Assembly (NCBI GenBank): GCA_051362555.1
Contig: CM120643.1
Coordinates: forward strand, 12,064,644-12,128,643
Origin: Lingula anatina
Taxonomy: Eukaryota; Animalia; Brachiopoda
Direction: 5' to 3'
DNA length: 64,000 bases
In this document: piece by piece, positions 13,901-22,859 of the stretch
Layout: every line of letters starts with the position of its first letter
How positions within the stretch are numbered: the first letter of the stretch is position 1
Notes under the pieces: generated by a model
The model's input: the letters and a program-made list of their open reading frames with translations, nothing else
What the model was told of the DNA's origin: nothing
Database searches by the model: none
Made by a program: the position numbers and the translations under genes

Positions 13901-15494
13901 CAACTAGTTTCCAGCCAAAGGTAGAACCTACCAATATCCAGTCAGTGGTTCCAACAACTAGTTTCCAGCCAAAGGTAGAACCTACCAATATCCAGTCGGT
14001 GGTTCCAACAACTAGTTTCCAGCCAAAGGTAGAACCTACCAGTATCCAGACAGTGGTTCCACCAACCAGTACCAAGTCAGTGGTTTCACCAACCAGTATC
14101 CAGCTAAGGGGAGAACCTTCCAGTACCCAGTCAGTGGTTCTACCAACCAGTACCCAGTCAGTGGTTCCACCAAATAGTTTCCAATTGAAAGAAGTACCAA
14201 CCAGTATACAACCAAAAATGCCACCAAAGTTTATTTATGTGCAGCCAGAAGTTATAGCAACCAATGCTGCAAGTCTCAAGCGTCCTTCTCCTGTTGAAAA
14301 TTCTCAAGATGCCGGAGCCCAAAAATGTGCTCGATTGGACCAAGAGTATATTGTGTGTGAACTATGTGATGGATATGTCAAAAATAATGATGCATTGAGA
14401 CTTCATTTTCGTAATGTCCACCAAATTGAAATATTTCCTAAGAAAATTATTACATGCGCCATATGCAATTACTCATTCTGGACCTCAAGTGGTTGGAGGA
14501 AACACATCACAAATGCCCATGCCCAGAATGGGTGCTACCTGTGCAGAGAGTCCTGGTCTGGTGATCTGGTCTCACATCTGTTCTCTGCCCATGGAGTCGA
14601 TTACCAGGATGTCCTGAAATTGAACAAGTGCATCGGCTGTGGACAGGCGTTCTACTCTGAGAAACAGTTAAAGGCACATATGACCGTGTAAGGAAAAAAA
14701 TTTATCTGGATACTTTTTGTTATGTACATATATTTATTTGGATCACCATGTCTTTCTGTGACTTTGCCATTACTGCCATCTTTAGAAATGCTGTTAAATT
14801 TGTCTCAACCTTTGGTGGCCTGTATTTATCATTCAATCAGTGACAGTCTTTTGGCAGAGGGTTTGCTGAACCTTTTATCTACTAAAGGGTTCATCAACTA
14901 CATAAATTCCACCTTTTTACTGTTGTCATTTTTGTTTAATTTTTCTAGCAATTATTCTTAGATTGTTTGTATTTGAATACATTTTCCATATTAACATCAT
15001 TTTTATTTTGAAGGTACCATGGGCTGGACTTGTGGGAAATGAATTTGAATGCCAAGAAAATGAAAAGAAATCGTTCTAGCATTCGCTCTCCAGCAGAACA
15101 TCTTGCACAGCAAGGGTGCAAACAATGTGGAATAGAAGCTTTCCCCGACATCCAGCACTATTGCCAACACTTTAAAGTTACACACGGGGGCTTTACATGT
15201 AACCATTGTGTCATTAAGCTATCCTCAGTGCATGCCCTGGGAATGCACCTTTTCAAAAGCCACCAAGTGAAATTGTTCATGTGTGACAGGTGTTGGTTCA
15301 GGACCTCCTATGAACATACCTTGCAGCAGCATTCCATGAGTTGTCAGAAAAAGACTGTGCAGACTCCAGTACCTATTGGTGGCATTGGTCGCTCCTCCCA
15401 TCTCCGGCTGCTCCCGCTCCACCACAGGAAGTGTGAAGTACGGGTCAAGAGACTTACGCGTGATGAGATTGCTAAATACACCAGCAGGTTGTGA
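1199..15494 (+). CDS. Multi-exon gene: acidic N-terminus + AHI1/Jouberin-like C2 domain + MEP-1-like C2H2 zinc-finger protein (about 1677 aa)
   Basis: Exons 1199-1991, 2900-3101, 4011-4061, 7575-7668, 8338-8430, 10433-10519, 10880-11002, 11578-14687 and 15014-15494. All introns are GT..AG, with phases 1,2,2,0,0,0,0,2 matching across junctions. Total 5034 nt, an open frame ending in TGA at 15492-15494. An in-frame TAA at 1142 lies upstream of ATG 1199. Confidence 0.8.
2104..2725. mobile_element. MITE with GTGTTCACAAC inverted termini, containing a nested element
   Basis: gtgttcacaac (2108) pairs with gttgtgaacac (2711-2721). There is an inner aaatatggcaca/tgtgccatattt inverted pair. Confidence 0.55.
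2240..2599. mobile_element. Nested non-autonomous DNA transposon
   Basis: Perfect 14-bp TIR CAGACATGCTGAAA / TTTCAGCATGTCTG. Flanks are tggcgc and tggtgt, a possible decayed TSD. Confidence 0.7.
2900..3101 (+). CDS. Coding exon 2: start of AHI1-like C2 domain (RILALVIHSLE...VRVHLVNGITGK)
   Basis: Acceptor tttcag and donor gtatga. The peptide resembles Jouberin LGVYIH...VKIHVVDEHTG (recalled). Confidence 0.8.
3580..3902. mobile_element. PIF/Harbinger-type MITE
   Basis: Long TIRs GGCCCAGTTTTATAAAGGACGTTTA.. / ..TAAACGTCCTTTATAAAACTGGGCC, with a 3-bp CTG TSD on both sides. Confidence 0.85.
4011..4061 (+). CDS. Coding exon 3 (51 nt): EMVLPRMTKPWDFKVNR
   Basis: Acceptor tttag and donor gtaaat, phase 2-2. 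Resembles Jouberin ILPIMTQPYDFK (recalled). Confidence 0.8.
4090..4325 (+). mobile_element. Non-autonomous Helentron/HINE-like element
   Basis: Subterminal IR gccaagg/ccttggc, (GTTT/GTCT) microsatellite, 3' hairpin gcactctcggagtgc followed by ttttctagtt. Similar 3' ends occur at about 25507-25547 and 34653-34694. Confidence 0.65.
4728..7270 (+). repeat. Intronic tandem triplication of a roughly 0.9-1.2 kb unit with Helentron-like internal 150-170 bp subrepeats
   Basis: gatgtgtctgtacatattgccatcacctgcg starts at about 4729, 5628 and 6809. Block 4975-5610 recurs at 6162-6805. The gtaaacac...aaaacgcaggtcaagttcgaaaatc subunit is repeated. Confidence 0.85.
7575..7668 (+). CDS. Coding exon 4: TKTAVWEELCLFKESYSYVMEEKHQAVFLFE
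   Basis: Poly-T tract plus cag acceptor and gtaaag donor. Carries the C2-type WEE..F...FLFE motif. Confidence 0.85.
8338..8430 (+). CDS. Coding exon 5: VMDASSL...GRVIAWGFLP
   Basis: Acceptor ttcag and donor gtgagt, 93 nt. IAWGFL resembles Jouberin IAWAFLK (recalled). Confidence 0.85.
8524..10111. mobile_element. Non-autonomous hAT-like transposon (1.6 kb)
   Basis: TIRs CAGTGTTCTTGAAAAAC / GTTTTTCGGGAACACTG, with an exact 8-bp TSD CCAATCAC on both sides. Confidence 0.85.
10433..10519 (+). CDS. Coding exon 6: VTNSKGKGRKWLQLYWPQKKTLTKQGEIE
   Basis: Acceptor ttttacag and donor gtaaag, 87 nt. LQLYWP resembles Jouberin LQLYYP (recalled). Confidence 0.85.
10880..11002 (+). CDS. Coding exon 7: VFHWYKSKQERCVYPASLTVSVNGVIPRNHLKPSCSNLPLS (end of C2 domain)
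   Basis: Acceptor tttccag and donor gtaggt, 123 nt. Resembles Jouberin FEWW...YPSTLYVTVRG...KPS (recalled). Confidence 0.85.
11096..11310. mobile_element. Tourist/Harbinger-like MITE, copy 1
   Basis: cattccca..agatcgatc / gatcgatct..tgggaatg inverted ends and TAA TSD. Related copies lie at 15958 and 36687. Confidence 0.7.
11578..14687 (+). CDS. Coding exon 8 (3.1 kb): MEP-1-like zinc-finger region
   Basis: Open frame from the acceptor at 11577 into the 998-aa ORF. Motifs IGMDLVKE, KCRKCKFKTES...HLEYPHM, HQCPLC and YIVCELCDGYVK...HQIEIFPK match the MEP-1 (MOG-interacting and ectopic P-granules) family pattern. Donor gtaagg at 14688. Confidence 0.9.
13590..14225 (+). repeat. Coding tandem repeat (27-bp/54-bp period; PTNIQSVVP-like)
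   Basis: Roughly 20 degenerate 9-aa units. Near-identical 54-bp copies start at 13873, 13927 and 13981. Confidence 0.9.
15014..15494 (+). CDS. Terminal coding exon: further C2H2 zinc fingers
   Basis: Acceptor ttttgaag, phase 2 giving HMTV-YH, which completes a finger. Contains CKQC..H..H, CNHC..H..H and CDRC motifs. Confidence 0.88.
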
Positions 15495-15957
15495 TTTTCT
15501 TTGTTTCACCTGTTTAGTTATCAACTGAAATTGTATGCAATGGCTTTTATGTGAAATATTTTTTTTTCTAGGGTTGTAAAAATAATAGACCTTTTTCAGA
15601 TGGATTATATATATGTTATGCTGGCTTGGTATAAGGAGTGGGTTAATTTTTTTTATATTCTGCTACTGTTTCTTGTCCAAATCTTTCTAACAGAAACTTG
15701 TTAAATTTCTGAATTAACAGCTTTAAAATATTCTTTGAGTTAACAAAAGGATTCATCTCAAGTTGAATATTGTTGAAAGTCTTTCACATCCTTTTGCTGT
15801 ATCAGTTGAATCATATTAAAAAAATTCTGGCAATATTAAGTTATGTTTAAATAATTGTTATTTTTGTTTGGCATCACCAGAGTTGAAACACTTTGAGATA
15901 TATGTGTAATTTTTTTTTAAATTTCTTTTGCTCTTGTTCATGTTGAAAATAGATTTA

Positions 15958-16199
15958 GGGACCATTCCCAGACCCTATTGTACTAACCGTAGATTGATCT
16001 ATCTATGAGGGGATTCTTGCTAAATTGCAATCAACTTAGAAGTGTGTCATTCCTACTCAAGCTGTAGGTTTAATTATCGTTTGGCAGCTTCAGTAGGCAT
16101 GCCAAACATCTACGCCACTTAAACTGAAAGCAATTTAGCGAGAAACCCCTTGGAGTTGGATTGATTCTGTTAGATCGATCTAGGTATGGGAACCCAGTC
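15958..16199. mobile_element. Tourist/Harbinger-like MITE, copy 2
   Basis: Same family as 11096, with TTA TSD on both sides. Confidence 0.7.
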
Positions 16200-19100
16200 T
16201 TAGATACACCTGTATTTATGCCATACACTGCCATGAGATAACTAACACAGACATTAGTATTGATGATTTTTAAAATGTTATTTAAATGAGACTTAGTCTG
16301 AGTAGATGTAAAATATTACAAGACCCTAAAAAATGACAGGTTATCATTATTTTATCTATCCTTCTATTGGTTACAAAATATGGAATTGTCCTGAACATGC
16401 CAAATGTAGTAGTAATTTAAGAAGTAGTACAGTGTGTACTGGGGCTTAGTGCAATGGGGAAACACGGGTAGATTGAGGATACCCAAAAAAGAAGTATCTG
16501 CCGTGTCCCAGGAGAGTGAAAACCACAGTTCTGAGGTTCCTTTCACACCTAGCAGTACGTTTTCTGTTTCAGTCGGCTAGTCCAAACATGGAATTACGCC
16601 AGGGGGGGGGGGGGGGGACACTCCCTTAAACAAGCTCCAATGTACCAGTCGAAATTTTATTAATACATTAAAATATTGCTGTGACGAGCATGGGAGCTCC
16701 ATGTGGGTGACTCTTGTATGTAATAAGCAGGAGAAAGAATTTCAAACTAGTATCAAACAGAGTACCGTGCGGCTGAATATGAAAGGGACCTAAGTGTGGA
16801 TTTTTGGATGGTGCTCATACACGTAGTTTGTAGATTTTTCTTTTAAGTCAGGAAAAACACAGAGTGTCAAAGATCAATTTGAATTAATCTGTGTTATTAG
16901 TATAGTCTTGGCGTTTCCAGTGATCTCTGAAATACAGGTTATAAAGGAAGATGGCAATTAGCGTGTTGTTTCTTTATTGAATCTGTACTTATGTAAGTAG
17001 TCCTTCAGAACTCAACCAGGTTGGGGGGGGGGGGTGAAATTTTAAACACTGTACCAGTGTCTTTTTCTTTGATGGTCTCTGGTTTAGTTTATGTTACATG
17101 AACGCGCATTGTAATCATATTATATCAGATTAATGCCGCTAGCTAGGTTAGATTCTAGGACAATTCCCCTCCCCCCCAAGAAATATATATAAATATACAA
17201 ATATAAAGTATATTAATATTTTTAGTGATATAATACAACTACATCATAAAACATAGTACAAGTACAGAAAGTATTATTAAAAGTCTAATCAAAGTATAAC
17301 CAGCTATCCTCCAGGTAAGGGTGGGGAAAACAGATAACAGATATTTTTTGCTTGCATGTCTTAAGATACAAAACCCAAACGTATTCAGACTTTAACATCT
17401 GTAAAACCCCTCAGGTGAAAGTACCTGACGTCGACAGTTACTTCTGAAGTGCACAGTAAACATGGCATTCTAAATGACTGGCCAATCAATCAGTAAAAAA
17501 AATTAGTAAAACATCGAATCTAAGTGCAGGAACTGGCGTGAGCAACGATTTGCTAATAGGAAAAATGTTGTTGTTTTTTTCGAGGATATTTCATTTTGGC
17601 GGATATATCCTGCATAGTGTACACGATTTCCCTTGCATTTTCCATCTTTTTTTAATTAATGATTAGTCTTGATCATATTGAGCAAGGAATATTTCGATAT
17701 TAAAGATGGAATTTTCAGTAATGATCTCCAAATCACAAAGGTATACCCTATCCAATACCATTCAGAAAATTACTCTGTATAAACCCAATTTGGAGCTGTT
17801 AATGAGAAATTCACCAGTCTCCGTTACCATTACAGGAGAAACTAAAAACAAAAGGGAAGCTTGGGTCTTGAAAAATCTTGGTTTCGAAATCGGGTGCGGT
17901 TCGCTCCTAGGCAGGTAGAACTTCGCTAACACAATAATGCGCCTACGACCAACCTTACCTGTTACAGTATTGTTATTCAAATTATGCCAACTGCAAGTGA
18001 CAGGTATTCATTTCGGGAGCCATGATATTAGGCAAAGATTTCAGGGCGAAATGACGATTCTCGTGGGTAGCATATGGTGCCTGGTACAGGGGGTATGTGC
18101 AAAGCTACCTGCTCTACCCGGCCACACCAACAACGTGTAAGTACATGTACTAATAGTCCACAGTTTGCAGGTCGATTGACCAGCTTGTCTCACTACAGGC
18201 AGAAATACGTGAGCACAAAACTTTGAAATAAGATGGAGGATTCCAAAATTGTATTATATGCCAGGGCTTCTTTTTACAGTACATGTATCCCCCAAGTTTT
18301 GTCAGTTAATCTGTTTTAGCTGAGTGAAAGCGGGAATGCTCAGTTCGACTTGTATGTCATAAATATTGTGACGATATCTAGTCTTGAAATATTAAAAATT
18401 TGATATATATAGACTCTTATATGGAAATTGCGTAAACAGCAGAAATACAAGGTATTTACTATATATGAAAGTGAACAATTACTGCGTTGAATTTAAACCG
18501 TGGAATAAATAAATTCTTGCGTGTCTAAAATTCTCATTTTAAATATGTTATTTCAGTCGCCAGTGCATTCAAGACAAGAGACGAAGATATGTCCCCATGA
18601 AGAAGTTACAACAGTTGAAATGCAACTTTTGATTTCAATAATCCCGAGTATGGACATTTGAAAAAAGCCTGTTATCCCACAGTTGAAATTGATACGATTC
18701 TTAACATTTTAGTGTTATTAAGGGTTTAATTGCAAAATGTGTACATGCATATTGAATATGTACATGTATGAATTATAGTGATTTCAGCCTCAGATTTCAG
18801 CCTTGAATGGTACTAGGGTAAGAAGGCATTATCTAGCATGTAAGTCCAAAAAACCGAGGCGAATGACTACACGGCCCCTACATTTATAACATATTGTCCC
18901 ACCAAAACGTAGAAAACATTTTACCAATTTTGTTTAAATTTGGGTCTTCGGCGACTCCTAACGTGAGATAGCGTGCTAGATTTCAAAACGGGTTTGGTTA
19001 TTTGAAAATCTGTATGCTAAAATACTCTGTTCGCTTCCCATTCCATCGACACTTTTTGAAATAATAGGTCTAACTGTTTTACTGCCAGTTGTCTTTTCCA

Positions 19101-19507
19101 ATTTGAAACAAGTATGGCATAATATTAGAAAATGGTTTCTAAAAGCGAGACAGTACACAAATTGTGCACGACGGAGCAAATGGGTGTATAATTTTGTAGT
19201 CAACCCTTGCTTAGTTTTATACGACGGTATTAATTATTTTTCTACTTTTTGACTGAAAAACCTTACTGAAAGTTATTATTTTGCCAGCGTCTTTTTGCAC
19301 CCATATATAAAACTGAGCGAGTCTGTTGTGCTTTTTTCAATGTGATTTTCTATGTACATTATGTCAGTGTAGTTTGTGCTCTTAAAAGTTTATGGCAACA
19401 GTGTCCCATTTTAGCTTCTGAATCAACATATGTTACCTTTATTTGACATATTCAACGTTTATTCATGTAATTCACAATCCTTTAAAACTTCGATCTATGG
19501 GTTGCGA

Positions 19508-19531
19508 TTATTATTATTATTATTATTATTA

Positions 19532-19563
<32 letters not shown>
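19508..19563. repeat. (TTA)n microsatellite
   Basis: Direct reading. Confidence 0.9.
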
Positions 19564-19565
<2 letters not shown>

Positions 19566-20112
19566 ATCTGCGACTTCTGGCTGTCCTTTTACAGAATCAG
19601 GATAACACGATAACCAGTGTCCTTTCCACGATATCGATTTATATATATATATAATGATTTGTAGTTTGGATGAGCGCGCACATTAATTTCAGTTGTATTA
19701 CACAGGGAATTGTAATTCTAATGATTACTCCGAATAAACTCAGATGTTTGACTTGTCGTACTTTGTAGTAACACATTCAATGTCATTTCCTTGATATTGC
19801 GTATTTTAAGCCGTGCGTTAGTATCACTGGAGTTAAACGAATAAAGACTGTTCATAACTTTCAACTTCTTTATTGTTTAATTATTCAGATTTCATATTTT
19901 TCTCTCTAGTGTTTGTCTTAGTAATATTTGAATAACAATAAAAATGTTTCATCCGATTTTGTCCAATTCGATCTCTTATTCTTATTTCTATAACTTTAGA
20001 AGCGGTGGTGGTGCCAACTGAGCCATTGGCCCCAAAGAATTTCGCGCAATTTAAACGAAACCTTTATAGTCAATGAAGTCCAATTCTTTTTTTTCCACAA
20101 AATGAATGTTCC

Positions 20113-20830
20113 ATGGGACTCGATCTCCTCGCCTTCTGGTCTGTAGTCTGCAACGTTACCAGTTCCTCTATTCCCCCAACCACCCACCCTAAACTTTGCA
20201 TCTTCCCTTTATAGTTATGGGACTAATACTCATTTTTTTTACAAAGATTTGTCGTCTTTAGGAATCGATCCTGTAACCTTATGGTCCGCAGTCGGGAACG
20301 TTACCAGTTTCTCTATTCACCCAACCACCCACCCTAAACTTTGTATCTCTATTTTATAGTTTGAGGCGATCATTTGTTTTTTTCTTCCACGAAAATTTAC
20401 CGTCTTTGGGAATCGATCCTTTAAAGGGATAATAACTCTTCGTATGAGATCTATATTTCACAATAAAAACATTGTGAACAACTCATAGAAATATAATATA
20501 TTCTGTTGTACCACGAAACGGCAGTTATAGCTATTATTCTGATATCTGAGCTTGTCTACTCTTTAGACCACGAGACCTCCATTGATGGCTATACTCTGTT
20601 ATAATCTCTTAAGATATTATAACAAAAAACTTTTAAGAATAAAAAAAACAGACTAGCTTTGAATGTAAAAATGGATTCATTAACCATTGGTAAGTATGGG
20701 AAAATTGTTGTTTACTGCAGGAAAATTCGTTTTTTGGCCAAAACGAAGAGTTATTATCCCTTTAGCCTTCAGGTTCCCAGTCTGACATGCAGGCGATTCC
20801 TCTATTCACCCGGTAACCCACCCAAATTTT
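20113..20830 (-). repeat. Three tandem, roughly 146-bp tRNA-derived units; the third is interrupted by a transposon
   Basis: Units begin gggactcgatc/ggaatcgatcc at about 20115, 20260 and 20408. The minus strand reads TAGAGAAACTGGTAA...GACTGCGGA...GGATCGATTCC (A-box- and B-box-like). Confidence 0.55.
20425..20761. mobile_element. TTAA-targeting non-autonomous transposon (Kolobok-like), copy 1
   Basis: TIR AGGGATAATAAC / GTTATTATCCCT, flanks TTAA and TTAG, 337 bp. Homologous to 34162-34498. Confidence 0.8.
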
Positions 20831-22859
20831 TGCCCTACGTTTTTTAGTTTTTCTTGGCGCAGATTTGACTTTTTTGGACAAAATTTATCAAAAATTCATT
20901 AGGCAACAATCGATTTTTTTGTTCTGTTCGATTCCAATGTATATTGCACTTAGAATGTATGGTTATAAACCTAACTTTTGGGCAAAATTCATTAAAAAAA
21001 TAATGAAGCGGGATTAAAAGATTAATTTTGTTTTATCAGATTCTAATCAATACCGACATTCACTGAAATTAACAATGCAAAATAGTTAAACAGTTTCAAT
21101 AAAATATTTTAAAGGCACCAATATGGCTACGAATTACTTTTTCTATTTTAAAAAGCGTTTATGAGGTTACAACTATTCAAACCAAAAGATTCGGTAAATT
21201 TTATGAAACTGCTGAATGATAGACGCAGCGCGATTTCTTATTCAAAATTTGGAGGCATTTTTGGGTAAAATAAATAAAGCAATTCCACATTACGACGACA
21301 AGAAGACCGCGTGTATACAGATGATGAATTAGTTAATTTTTTAAAATTTATTCACATTACAATTATATAAATCAATGCAGATAACAATAATGTTTTTCTC
21401 AACATGAATGTATTTACTGCTATGTACTATATGATATGAATTAATCTTATGAAGCCATGTGAAGTTATAGACTGGGACAAAAAATTGAGGTTGGTTTCAT
21501 GGTGTAATGACTCGGTTGAATGATTTATATTAAATGACAATAATAGCACGGTTTCACTTACATGTAAATCAATCACAATTCTTTTTATCACTAGTTTCTT
21601 GGTGACGCATATCCTATCTTAAATACGCCTGTCTTCCATTCACTGTACAACATCAACATTATGCTACCAGTACTACCGCGTTCGTTGTAAGCCCCTCCAC
21701 TTCAACCTCAACCTTCAACATTCCACAAAGTGTCATTTTCCGTACAAAAAGCAAAAGACAAAGATGAACTGTTCCCAACCTGGTGGAAATGACCATCTTT
21801 TTCGACATTGGCCACGTGGTTGTTTGCTTCCTGTTGCACCCGTTTTATTCCCCAGATCAAATGACATCAGCACGAAATGTCTTAGACGCAAACATCTTCC
21901 ACACATGTAAAACAAGTGTCTTATATCCTCAGTATCACTGCCGTCTTCACCGTCCCATGCTGCCCAAGGAATCTCTGTCTGTACTTTTCAACTTACAGTA
22001 TGAATGTTCATGATTATTCTGACATCTCTGATAACTTGTCCTCCAATCTGGACGTTACGTAACATTCCATTCAGCCTACCACACAGAGAGTCAGCAGGTC
22101 GGTGATCCGATTAAAAATCTCTGTGTCATTTTCCAGTTGACAGGTATTCTAGGGAGACCTTCGTAAACTGCCACTGTTCAGATTTATGTCACATTCACAG
22201 CTGTCGCTGTTTTTCTAAGGTTTTGACTTTTATTTGTAAAGAAAATTGACAGTTTAAATGGAAACCTTTAGGCTTGATGCATAATTAAAAGTGTGTATGA
22301 ACAACTAATAGTGGTTCTGCATGTACGGAGGAAAGTTGTAGTGGAAAATTCTACATAATAAAATAAATGCTGTGCTCCAAAATAGAATTACTTTACAAAT
22401 GGCAAAACTTATACAATATTTATTACGAATTTCACATGCTTTGAAAATTGGAGATGGCTTGCCAAAGTCGAAAATGATGATGACGTATTTCATAAACGTG
22501 AAAACATTTTTTCAAATCTACGTTAACTATTTTGTCTTTTAAAACATTTGAACTTCTATCTTGACAAAAAATAATAAACATATATCATTTATTGTCACAT
22601 GCTAACAATTCCAGAAAATAGATTGCGAGATATAACTTTAACAGCAAGTAAAATTTATTAGATCAATGTTTGTGAAGTTAACCGAGCACACGAAAAGAAG
22701 ACGTAAAGAATGTCAGTCATATACTGACGTCATACTCTTCATTACAGAACCAATATGAAAGATGACTAAAAAGAACTTTCAAGTCGGTTGTTATTTTAAC
22801 AAAATATTCTAACTTCAATTCCAGATAAAGACAGTATTGATAAAAAAGTACTCGGCACT

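Noticed and set aside
13590-14075. 161-aa minus-strand ORF with WILVGGTTD repeats
   Set aside because: Antisense shadow of the coding repeat in the zinc-finger exon.
11695-14691. Stand-alone 998-aa protein starting at TTG
   Set aside because: The frame is open back to a good acceptor at 11577, and a donor at 14688 links in phase to 15014. It is better explained as an internal exon.
20113-20345. Functional tRNA genes
   Set aside because: The acceptor stems and T-loop are degenerate, so these are kept only as tRNA-derived repeats.
21600-22210. GC-richer stretch with short ORFs downstream of METTL27-like copy A
   Set aside because: There are stops in all frames, and I found no recognisable motif or consistent splice pattern.
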